NCBI GenBank assembly: GCA_002269645.1
Contig: NIVC01000867.1
Location: forward strand, 360,324-424,323
Origin: Macrostomum lignano
Lineage: Eukaryota
DNA length: 64,000 nucleotides
Direction: 5' to 3'
Program-made: the position numbers and the translations under genes
The notes under the pieces: generated by a model
Told to the model about the DNA's origin: nothing
Seen by the model: the letters and a program-made list of their open reading frames with translations, nothing else
Databases searched by the model: none
Shown: piece by piece, positions 36,154 through 47,984 of the stretch
Layout: each line of letters begins with the position of its first letter
Position numbering within the stretch: position 1 is the stretch's first letter

Positions 36154-38621
36154 GGTTGCTAATCCAAAATCTTAGATTGAAGCGCTCGAGCTGAGTCTCC
36201 TCCCGAGCGAAGCCGATGTTTTATTGATGAATAGATGCCAAGCTTAGAGTAGGATGAAGCAGACCAGAGGCTGATGTATGTATTTATATAACTATTTCTT
36301 TCTGCTTCGCGCTCCACCCAGAGCATGTGCAGTACGCCTCGTTTTAGCTTTGGAACAGCTTTTATTATGAGACCTATGGGGTCAACCGAGTGAATAACCT
36401 TTCCTCTACTCTATCTCCTGTCTCCTATTTTTGCGTTTCTTTCTTCTCTTTTTTCTCTATCTCTTTTACTCTCTTCTTTTCGCTAATCAGGGCGGACTGA
36501 GGAGGGTGAGGCGGGTTGGAGGTGGGTAGGGTCGACGAGATGAACAACACAACACGCCAGACACGCTCCGGCCAGTGAGGGGTTGGGTCACCGCTTGCAT
36601 ACTTGCATACACTGAAACGACAGGGTGTGGGTGGGTCGGGGTTGGCGCTGGCGGAAGGGAGGGGTTGGGGTTGGAAGACCGCCTCCTTCCAGTCGGTAGT
36701 TGTTCCCTTATCCGTTCCTGCCCATAGGCCCCCGGGGCGGGGTGAGGGGAGGTTCAATTTGGAGAGTGTAAGAGTGTGTGCGGGGGTGCACGGAAGGCGG
36801 CAGGGGTGGACGTCAGCCCCAACCCGCGGCCATTCCAGTCCAGGGCCGCAGGCCCATTTACCCCTCCCATCTAGCAAGGGCCAAGGCCAGTCCCCCGCGG
36901 TGTGAAAAGATTTCAGACCCGTCATAGGGAGCACGGCCGACCCGACAGAATTGAACGGTTTCCCCTCCCATCGCTCCGCATCACTCTCCCTTCCCTTGCT
37001 CTCAGTTGGAATTCAAGCCTTAAAGTTCGTCCTTATTCATCTAGCAAAGTAATCTCTTCTCTTCCATCTATCTAATGTACTAAGTTCTAGTCTCATTCTG
37101 TCTTTACTGTAGCAATAGCAATAATATATCATCAAAACAATTTTATAATGCAATTATGAAATATTGGGCTCAAGGCTGTGATGGATTTAGTCTGGTCAGT
37201 GGACTTTTATTCCCCCCCCCCTTGGGGTTGTCTACCAAATGAACGCCTCTTCCCTGGAATCACGGGATAAAACCCCGAACTTTATTAGAGTGAATGCGTG
37301 CTAAAAGCTTGTTTTGATCCGAGATGTAGTAAAAGCAAAAATATTTTCGAGTTATTTATTTAATCTTTGATGACGTGACGTTTTTCAATAGCCAATTTTT
37401 GCAGCAATATTCGTGTCGTGAAAATTATCTTCGCTTTTGTTTAAAAAATTTAAATTGCCTGTCTCTGCACCAGTCTGTTCTGTGTGACGCAAATTGTTAT
37501 GGATTTTTTATTTTGGACTTGATCATCATACTTCAATTGAATAATATTTATCTATATAGTAAAATTTATTCAACAGAGGCACGTTGAGGGAACTACTTGG
37601 CGGTAATACCATGGTATGGTAACCCATACATAGTTGAAGAAGAACGAGGCGCCGCGCAAAGCACAGCTTTTTAATCAGTTGTTGGCAAAATAACCGTCTC
37701 GAACACCTAACAGGTTCCTTGTTTAGAATTTTCTTATCACCTTCAGATTATCAGCGGTGATTTGCTAAAGCTATAAATAAAATTGTGTTTAAATGTATTC
37801 GCTGATTTAAATTACCATGCAATACAGAATACATGTAACTCTATCCAATAGTAACACAGATTGGTATGTTAGCTTAAGTTAGCGGTATAATTGCATGGGA
37901 GGCATGCAGCGCTAAGGTACTATAAAAAATCCTATTGCGCGTACCCTATACATAACATTTTTATTTGGGTAAAAGCAATAAATTTTCTATAAATTCCCTT
38001 CAAGACTGAAAGAACCCAACACTCGTAATGCTACTATATAACAAATTCCGTTGTTATAGAGGTCATGATAAATGTTAACATTCTATTATTCTGCAGCTTT
38101 CCAAATTTCTGCTAATGCAAGCAGAAATTATAATTAATTATTGTGTACTTAACTGACCTCTCGTTCTTTGAAGTTCTGCGAAATGTTAGACAACCATGCA
38201 TACCATCCACCCAACTTCTAAGCGTACACGTACAACATTAGTTTCCTGACCCCGTTTCTATGGAGGCTAACTGCATTCTGTATATATCTGAATGTACATG
38301 TATATATCTAAATGTATGTACATGTATGTATGCATATTTTTTTAAAATTTTTTATTAAAAAACTATTTTTTCAGCGAGTTTATCGACTCGGTACTTCCCG
38401 GTGCGTAATGTTTGCATCCGATTCTTTTAATACAGGCTATGTTGAAATTTCCGTGAAAAAATTATCTTTCTTTATTGTCGTTTAATTTCCCAGTCTTCAG
38501 TGATCCGAGTTTCACGCCGATTTTACTACTTAATAGTAGCAAAAAGCGATTCCTACACTTCCATGTTTACTATCATGTTCAAATTCATGTTTAGTTTCAG
38601 CGTATATGTGTTACATTAGAG

Positions 38622-38892
38622 CCGGGTTGGCAAAATCCGGCCCGCAAAGCCTCTCTATCCGGCCCTCGAGTCCTTTGAAACTTTGAAACTCTCAGCTCTC
38701 CTCTCTTTAATCTCCTCTCTTATTTTTCTCTAATCTTTCCTCTCCCTCTCCTCTCTTCTCTCTTCTCTCATATCTATTCTCTCCTCTCCTCTCCTATCCC
38801 TTCTCCTCTCTCCTCTCTCTCTTCTCTCTTCTCTATTCCCTATCCTCTCTCCCCTTCTATGGCCCATGAGGTAAAAAGTTTGCCGACTTCTG
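38622..38892. mobile_element. Non-autonomous hAT (Charlie-like) MITE, degenerate, with internal CT repeat
   Basis: Left end CCGGGTTGGCAAAAT..GGCCC; right end GGCCC...AAAGTTTGCCGACTTCTG, matching the CAGGGGTCGGCAAAC-type TIR. Flanking 8-mers CATTAGAG and TATTAGAT are a 6/8 target-site duplication. Confidence 0.6.
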
Positions 38893-40113
38893 TATTAGAT
38901 GTAAGAGGCTTTGTCATTAAGTGTACAGATACGAAGGTCGTCCCTGAAGTTCCAGCAATTGTATGATTTTGGGACATGGAAAACTTGCAAAATCTTTCCA
39001 CTTGGAGGAAAAGATAGACATAGATACCCTGTACCCCGGTGCGTTCTTACTTCTCTATTACTTAGAAAGGAAATGAGAGGATAGAAGAGAGAAGAGCTGA
39101 AAGAGGAGATAAGAGATGAGATGAGGGGGCCGGCGGCTCAGCGTTACTGACGAAAATATTCAAGCGCAGGCTTTTACAAAGCAATGTCCAACAAATGAAC
39201 CGAATGCTGTGAACAACGCACAGCTAATCTTAACATGGGGTCGTTAGGCATATGAGCGCTAGGTCATTTAAAATTCGAAGACTGTTTCGTTTTCCAATTG
39301 TTTGCGAAGTCGCCGTCTGTACGCAGGTAGTATATGGTAACATGCAGATTTTGTAGGTCGCTGCACCCTGACGTGGCTATTTCTCTGTTATTGTGGCTTG
39401 TGGGCGTTGCAGATGAATATTAATATTTTTCCGCTGAGGACGATATAAATACATGCACAGTGTGTTAGCTAGTCTCATATTCATGCAGCTGCATGAACTT
39501 CTGGCGGCGAAGTAGTGGGGGGAGGCGACGAATGACTTCAGTATAGTGATGTCGCTCAGGGAGTCCGTCGGTCGTAGCGTGGTCCTCTTCACTAGCTTTG
39601 AGGGAGGAAGAAATCATCTCGTCCCGTATCCCTAAGATAAACATTGGAGAGAACCCGGGTTTGGCCCAAGGTGAGTGAGCCCGACCCTGGTGAAGATCGG
39701 TGTAGTGGCAGATTGAATGTTGCAATTAGAGCTAAAGTTAAAGTGAAGGTAAAGTACTGTTTTAATATGCAATCTGCAGTTTAGATAATAGGATTTATAT
39801 AATTTTTGCGTAAGACATTGGCTTCACAAAAATTTCAGCATATTTTTACAAATGTACAATGTTCGCCACAGTATCAAAATTACAAATTGCTGTATAAAGA
39901 CACGAAATATTGAATTTTAATCTCCACGAGCCAAGCTACGTGTAGTAATAACGAACTCTTTGTTAGAATCGGCTTGTCCGCGCGAATTCAAATCGCACTG
40001 TTGCGAATTGTGCAGTTGCTGCTGTATTGCATTTTTAATTGCAAACTATTTAAAAGCAACATACATTGCACTTTTGTTAGTCAATAAAGAAACACAAAAA
40101 CCAGAATTTAAAT

Positions 40114-43100
40114 ATGGAGTATGAAGATTCACAGCAGTTTGCAGAAATTTTCGGCTATAACGGCACCCTGAACAGCAGCGTTGTTGCAGATTTTCTCTCA
40201 AGTCTCAGAATGGACAGCAACTTTGCGCATCAGCTCAAAAGTCAAGGCAGGGTAAGGATTACTATTACTTAAGTACATACCGGATGCATAGCTATAATAA
40301 CTACACTAAATTTCAATGGTACATCGTGTCCTCACCGCAATATTATTACAGTGTCCAAGTCACAACTTTAGCTCGGAAGTCTGGTACGATGGCGGTCGAA
40401 GACAGGCGGATCTGATGAAGGCCATCTGGGAGACGGTGCAAACCCCGGCCTGTTATGCTAGGGAGGGCGGTCTGGCGGCCTCGCTAACTGGCTCAACCTT
40501 ACGAGATACTGATGCCGCAGTGGAAAGCACTGGAGGCAATACCGCCGTTCAAGGTGCGTTCATTTGCTTTTTCGATTTTCTTTTTTGAAATTACTTGATC
40601 ATGGTGGCTAAAACCCCATTTGACGGGAAGCCTCGGGTGGAATATCTTTCAGGACTACAATAACAGTTGAGCATAGCAATTTGTGTCCTTTGCTTTTCGT
40701 TAATAAAATTTTGTTAGCAGCAGAAGGGATTCCCATTACAGGATTCAAAAAGTGCTAACCAAACCCGATGCGACTTAACTTTTGTGATCGAGAACTGTTT
40801 CCTATGCTGCTTTGAAAGATGGATAGATTTAAAAGTCTATATTGATATTACTTCTATCATTTAAGTATCATTTTGCTGAATTCGAAAGAGTATTGACGTA
40901 ACCGCCTTACGAGTCAAGGCAACATGAAGTTCTTGAAAGTCAACTACAGGCTTTAATTAGACCATAAATAAGTTGTGCGCTTTAGCTTTCACAGATACTT
41001 TCACACCTTTCTAACTCCAAACCGAACCTCCTGACAGTGTGGGGCTACGGACTGCTCTGCGTCACCGCCATTAACCTGTGCTCCCTGCTGGGCGTCGCTT
41101 TCATGCCGGTGATGAAACGAAGTTTCTACCGACTGCTGCTGACTTTTATGACGGCGTTGGCTGTTGGCTCGCTGATTGCCACTGCCCTACTGATTTTGCT
41201 GCCCGATGTGAGTAAAATTCGTTGTTAAGTTGGGTCGAATCATCGATTATGGACAAGTAAAGTAGGACGCTAACCCTCGAAAATCGTGAAAATTTCACTG
41301 GTAAGCGCGGGTTAGTTAGTGGTCGCAAAATTAAATAGCGAGATAGAAACTTTCTGGATTTTTAAGCACTAAATCGCCAATTCTGCACCTTTTGAACTTC
41401 CGCATTTACGAGTAGTTTTTCCGAAGTTGATCTGCAAGTTGATCAAGCGATTGTATTTAAGAAATTCTAAGTGTTATACTGAGAAGCAACTCTTCATCAT
41501 GTACTTTTCAGAGCAACTCAAATTGCTACCGTTCACAACAGATAGACCAGTTTCAAAATAACTTTTTATGTGTCCATCGAGCATGACATGACGCACATAT
41601 GAATTTTAATAATAGACCCATAAACATGTATACGAGCGTATCTATGGCCAAAATTCTTGTTATCCGATCAAGCTTGCGATCAAGGTTGCAAATTTTGATT
41701 TCTTTAAAATAGAAGACTTTCAAGCTTATGCCTCTATACAGTCTTGAAATCTTCGGTATCAGTTGTCATGACGAGCTAATCAAAATTTAAGGAGATGCGA
41801 CACCAGGTCAGTCAACGGTTTACAGATGGTACTCGATGTTCGTTGATGGAGCAGTTCCACTGGTCGCAGCTCCTCGGATTGACCTACCGAGCTCTTGTTG
41901 AAGAAAATCCAAAATTTATGTGTCCGAGACCTCGTCGGACTTTGTTTGAAGGCTTTTTACAACTAGGGCATAGAAAAATCTTTCAACAGGTACGAGGTGG
42001 AAGCTGAGACGTGGGTGGTACCTCAACAACACTGGCACAAGGTAAAACAAAAGATCCTGGCGTTTCCAAGGGGATCTTTGACCACATTCAGCAACCACAA
42101 TGAAGTTCGAGAAGCTGCGTTGCAGCGGGCAAGAGACTTTGACCAAGATTGCTTAAAAAGAGAGGTTCAACAACTCGTTGACCATTTGGAAGCTGTGTAA
42201 TCAATGCATTTTTAGATTAAATTTTCAACTAGTTTCTTTCAACAATGTTTTCCGATAGTTCTGAAAACTTTTAAAAATAAATTCTCACGACTTTCTGGAC
42301 AGCCGAAGTAACACAGTTAGTAATCCAGTCGCTTTACTCAGCCCACAGGAATGTAGCTAATTGTGCGCTCTGGTGCTGCTTGCGTGACGATAAGTGCGCT
42401 CTTATGCCAGTGCTCGCCAATTGAACTGCTTCGGAACTAAATAATCTCATAATCTGGAAAAGTCTTCAAAAATAACTGCCATGTCTTCAGAGAGAGAAAG
42501 AAAAAATAAAGAAAGATGAAATCTGAGACCACTTTTTACAGGTGCATGTAGCTACATGTACTAGTGTATCGAAATGTGCTTTGAACTACGAATATATATC
42601 GTTTAACGCTAGAATTGCAAACCAACTGGTTAATTAATCAAAGATTTTTCTCTTCAAAGATTTTTTAGATTTTCGTTGCCTCGCCGTCGCCACACTCGGT
42701 TCGTTTTTGCCTACCCTTCACTAAATTCGTATAGACACGTTGCGAAATGATCAAGTAATCATATTACTATCGACGTATCTATCGTATAACGTAGATTGGT
42801 TTGAGTGTAACATCCAGAGTCAGCGAGAATCGCAAACTCTCAAGGGTCTGTTCTCACCCCCATCAAATAAGTTATTAAGTCGCATGATTGATGTACAAAA
42901 CTGTGAAAGTTTTGAGCCAAAATTGTTCCACCCAGAGACGCAGGCCATCGTATTGAATTTGAAATGGAGACGTCAAGTTACCGTCAAAATGGCGGCGCCT
43001 GCAGCGCTAAAATGAGAACCTTTATGATGTGTGTAATCTATGTGAAATTCACATTAGACTTTCACATTCTGTCTTAGCTTGTAGAACGTTGAATTGTCTG

Positions 43101-46100
43101 TTTTAGAAACGACTGATTTCACATACAGTAAAATAACCCACCTCCAAACCCGAGTCTAGCAACAACTCAATTACTAGTCGTGGTTATCAAAGCACAGTAC
43201 AGAGTAGTGCCTACCTTCAGTTTTGAATGGCCGCTTTTGTAAATTGTAAGTCTGGTATTATTTTACAGCAAGTTCCACTATCAATCTTATCTAGCAAAGT
43301 ATTCGCGTAAAACCGACCGAACACTTTGCCTAATTCGGAGTTTTCAGTTTTACACGCTCGCTTCACTATCCCACTCGATAACAAGCAATTAACTGCAGTT
43401 CAATCGTTTTGCCGTTTACAATGCTAACAATTGAGCAGGAAGTCTACTTCGTCTCGTGACCTCCAGTGTACTCGTAACTTGTTATGCTGAGAACCTAATC
43501 GCTGGAGAATCAAGTTCCCTTAAAATTTAGTCCCATGCGAATCTAGTCTCTTGATAATCTAGTCCTTTGATAATCTAGTGCCTGATAATCTAGATCCATG
43601 AGAACCTAGATCCATGAGAATCTATTCCGATAAGAATCTAGTCTCATGAGAATCTAGTTCTATGAGAAACTAGATCCATGAGAATTTAGTCCTATGAGAA
43701 TCTAGTCCCATGAGAACCTAGTCCCATGAGAATCTAGTCCCATGAGAACCTAGTCCCATGAGAATCTAGTCCCATGAGAATCTAGTCCCATGAGAACCTA
43801 GTCCCATGAGAATCTAGTCCCATGAGAATCTAGTCCCATGAGAACCTAGTCCCATGAGAATCTAGTCCCATGAGAATCTAGTCCCATGAGAATCTAGTCG
43901 CATGAGAACCTAGTCCAAAAGGAACCTATTGCTTTACGAATCTCAGTTTCCTTGAGAATCTATTCCTTTAAAAACCTAGTCCGTGTAAATCTCTCTATTG
44001 AGAAATCATTCTCTTTAGAATCAAGCATATGAGAACCTATTATACCGATAAACTAGTATTTTGATTATTCCTTTGAATAAATGAGTTTGCAAATGAAACA
44101 TACTGGTAGATATTTTCACTCCTGCACTAAAACAGTCGTTCGAGTTGGCTTTCATACACGAGGAGACGAATTCGGCTCACTCCGTCATCAGCCGGTTCGC
44201 GTCAACAAAAGCTGAACGAGAAGGCTGGAGCCAGTTTCTGTCTGCAAGGCCCTGGTACCTCTGGAGATGCTGCTTCGCTTTCGGTGGAATCTACCTGTTC
44301 TATGTGCTGGAGCGCCTGCTCAAAGAGCTACTAAGATTAAGGGTGAGTGAGTCATTTACAATTAAGTTTCTGTAGGCACCTGCTGCCCAGTGCTTGCATT
44401 TATAAGTGATTTTAATCCTGGTGTGCATTTCCGATGTACATCCAATATTCTTGGCTATCTGTTTTTAATGCACGCAGTCTCAACTGGAGGGTCGCTGCTA
44501 AATATATAAATCGATAGCACAGAGCCTACAATAGATTGAGGCTTTATCGGCTACACACAACACATAACTTTCTCTCTCTCGGCTTCGCTCTCTACAGTTT
44601 CCTAGAATCAAAAAGTCGTTAATATTGTTGTCCTAATATCGGCAGTTTTTACATTTTGTACCTAAATTTCAAAGTTCAAAGGTTCTTACTTTTAGCGCTT
44701 GTACGTTCGTAATATTGTTAAGCGGAAAAATTGAACTTTGGCCTATGTATTTATTTTGTTCTTTAGCTTTGCCATTCCTTTTTTAAAGCTTTGTCTTTAT
44801 TTGCCTTGATTAAAAAAAAATTTCTTTAGATTACGGATTAGCAAAAAACGACATTTTTAAGTGAAATATTGTTTTTTAGTTTTTTTACAAAAATTTAAGC
44901 TTCATATTAGGCTTTTCAGCTTCTTTTCAAACCGATGGTAAAAACAAAACTTCATTACTGTTTCTGGCGGCATGATCCATCATCGTCTTCCTAGCTACTA
45001 TTACAGTAGTAACTTCAGGACTTAGACGCCGATGTAAATTTTTTTGTTTCATGCCGTTTTTTCTAATCCTGCACCACTTACTAATGAATAAAGTTCCGTT
45101 CGCATCAAAAAGTATATATCAAGCGACAGTATCAGTATATGCAAAGTTCAATTTAAATTCGCGCCGAAATTCGTAAAGTGTGCAGTAGTAGACACTCTTT
45201 CACTCTTAACTCTAGTATAATTAAAAATAATTTAATAGTACTTTGCGGTGAGTAAGATAATAACCCTTTTTGGCACGAATTCAAATTAAAAGTATACGCG
45301 GTCACGGTCTGAGCTCTAGTGATAAGTCTTAAGTACGAATTTATGCTTGTGAATTCATAAATTTATAAATTTGCGACAAAATCTAGCCGATTGTGAACGT
45401 ATGATTAACAGTCCGGCTGCATGAGCTGAACTTAATTGATTTGATAATTCTATCAATTTTTAAGTCGAACGGCAGTGGCCTGCAGCATGTTCATACGCAC
45501 GGAGTTGAGACTGAGCAGGAGCAGGAGCTCAATAAAAGCATCAACAACAATATCGAGATGCGGACTCAAGCTGAGCCAGAAATCGAAGCCGGCCTGTCTG
45601 GAAGAAGAACAGTCGACGACGCAGTTCCAACTGGACGAGCTGCTAAACTGCGCGCACGACTTGCCAGCGTGCAGCCCGTGGCCTGGATGATTCTGCTTGG
45701 CGACTCGCTGCACAACTTCATCGACGGGATTAGCCTCGGCGCGGCGTTCGCTCGATCCCCGCTGACTGGCGTGAGCATAGGACTGGCCGTCCTGTGCGAG
45801 GAGCTGCCCCACGAACTAGGCGACTTTGCCATCCTGTTGTCGGCTGGCATGTCCATCCCGATGGCTGCCGTATCCAATCTGCTGTCCGCCTGCGTCTGCT
45901 ATGTTGGTTTCGCAATTGGCGTGCTTCTGGGAGAGGTCGGATTCAGCGTTTGGATCTTCGCGGCCGGCGGGGGAATGTTTCTCTACATCAGTCTGGTTGA
46001 CATGGTGAGAATAATTTCAGCTCTTATGCAGTGAAGTCAGGGGGTCGCAGCTCCTCCTCCGACAATAGAATCTAGTTCTTTGAGATTCTAGTCGCATGAG

Positions 46101-46796
46101 AAACTAGTTAGTCCCTTGAGAATCTAGTCCTTTTAGAATCTATTTATATGAGAATATAGTCTTTTGAGAATCTAGTCCCTTGAAAATCTAGTTCCTTTTA
46201 GAGTCTACTTATATGAGAATCTAGTCTTTTGAGAATCTAGTCCCTTGAAAATCTAGTTACTTTGAGAATCTAGTCCCTTGAGAATCTAGTTCCTTTGAGA
46301 ATCGACTCCCATGAGAATCTAGTCCCTTAAGAATCTAGTCCTTTGAGAATCTATTTATATGAGGATCTAGTCCCTGGAGAATTTAGTTCCTTTGAGAATC
46401 TAGTCCTTTTAGAGTCTATTTATATGAGAATCTAGTCCCTGGAGAATCTAGTTCCTTTGAGAATATAGTCCTTGGAGAATATAGTCCTTTGAGAATCCAA
46501 TCCTTTGAGAATCCAATCCTTTGAAAATCTAATCCCACGCGAATCTACTCTGTATAGAATCTAGTCCCATAAGAACCCGAATTCGTTGGCAAAATAGCCG
46601 CAGGTGTAATACCGCCAAACCGTCCAATCCTCATGCTTACTTCCAGATGCCCGAAGTGAACTCAGCGATGGACACGGCCAAATCCTTTGGTCTGAACAGA
46701 TGGAAAATTTTCTTACTGCAGAACATTGGCCTGCTATTGGGCTACGGGCTCATTCTGCTGATTGCTGTGTTTGGCGGTGAAATCAATATTGAATGA
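40114..46796 (+). CDS. ZIP (SLC39) LIV-1 subfamily metal transporter, ZIP8/ZIP14-like
   Basis: Exons 40114-40251, 40352-40553, 41038-41207, 44136-44342, 45465-46004, 46647-46796 (1407 nt, phases consistent). Motifs: VWGYGLLCVTAINLCSLLG, ALAVGSL, GGIYLFYVLE, GDSLHNFIDG, LCEELPHELGDFAILL, GGMFLYISLVDMMPE, LQNIGLLLG. The start codon is uncertain: no signal peptide is visible, and an AG acceptor at 40080 allows an additional upstream exon. Confidence 0.88.
40745..40795 (-). pseudogene. 5S rRNA-derived fragment (possible SINE3 head or 5S relic)
   Basis: Minus strand CTCGATCACAAAAGTTAAGTCGCATCGGGTTTGGTTAGCACTT resembles the 5S internal control region (GATCTCGGAAGCTAAGCAGGGTCGGGCCTGGTTAGTACTT). Confidence 0.4.
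41710..42210 (+). mobile_element. Internally deleted, degenerate mariner (Tc1/mariner) transposase relic in ZIP intron 3
   Basis: Interrupted translation EDFQAY...ISCHDELIKI*GDATPGQSTVYRWYSMFVDG..APR resembles the mariner N-terminal HTH. FSNHNEVREAALQ...LKREVQQLVDHLEAV resembles the mariner C-terminus. The DD34D core is missing and I did not find TIRs. Confidence 0.65.
43535..43990. repeat. 16-bp minisatellite (GAGAATCTAGTCCCAT)n, ZIP intron 3
   Basis: Direct reading. Confidence 0.92.
46050..46575. repeat. 16-17-bp minisatellite (GAGAATCTAGTCCYTT)n, ZIP intron 5
   Basis: Direct reading; same motif family as 43535-43990. Confidence 0.9.
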
Positions 46797-47121
46797 TAGC
46801 TGCATATTTAGTTATGCTTGCTTCTTAAGCGTTTAGATTAATGATATACGACGTAACTTTGTTTACTTTGTATGTCTGATAGTTTTGTTCTTATAACTAT
46901 TTGGAATTCTAAAAAACAGTTTCTAAAAATAACTACTGCTGTATGCACGTAATATCGCTTTTCTATCGTCTTTTAAACGCCTTCCGTTTTAAGACAGACG
47001 AGTTAGTATCTATTTAGCCCCTTCGTATTTAAACGGCACATCGTTTTAACTAAGTTTTTACGATGTCGATATTCAATTGTTTTAAACATTTTTACAGTCG
47101 GGATATATTTATTATTGTATT

Positions 47122-47127
47122 AATAAA
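47122..47127 (+). terminator. Candidate polyadenylation signal of the ZIP gene
   Basis: AATAAA about 325 nt after the ZIP stop codon in an AT-rich 3' region. Confidence 0.4.
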
Positions 47128-47984
47128 AGTATTTAATAATAATAATTGCATATAATCACAGATACTATATAGATACTACTAGTGATAGTTAACTGCTTCG
47201 GCCTAAAATTTGCGCCCGTACTTTTGTATTTGCTTTACTGTGTGCTTTTTAAGAAAGTGCCGTACGAGCGTACTGTAAAAACACTTGCTAATTTACACAT
47301 TGAGAGTCTTTAGACAAGATTATTCTTCAATTGTATCTCGCAGACCATTCCCCTAACGGTTGCATGCTTATCGCTGCTCGCTAAAATTATGCATGAGTCA
47401 AATTTATTTACTGAAGCCGTCAATTACCAAATTCAAAGACAAGTAAAAAACCGCCAGAGTCTCACTACTTCTCAGCTTAAAAAAAGTTGGTCATAAAAAC
47501 TTTCAACGGCTTTCTAATAGTAAAAAACTGGATTTTAATTCGAACTTAGTTGTAGCGGCTTTATTTATCAGCTCCCAGTGGTGCACTGGCGCCCGGTCCA
47601 ACAGATGGCGCTGGGCGCCAGAACATCGAAATTTCGACGCCGAGTTTTTCACAATTTTCACTGTACTACTTACTATCGAGAGGGCGCAGAGTGGGGGGCA
47701 CTGTGTAAAAAAACACGCTTTTCATAAGTCTAGGGTCTATTATTAGTAATTTTATGTTCCTGGATCTCCATTTTTATTTGTTGAACAATTTTCAAGTCTA
47801 TAACCTCATTTCAAGAAATAATACGCTCGTATGTTATCAAAATCATTCTCGGCAAAAAAGTAGCTTTTTCAGAATCTTTCAGCCAAGAATTTTTCAATAA
47901 ATGCTACTGAAAGTAGGTAACTACGAAATGAAACTTTGATGATTTTTTAAATTTCTGCTTTATGAGTGTCGTCATCAATTCTTA

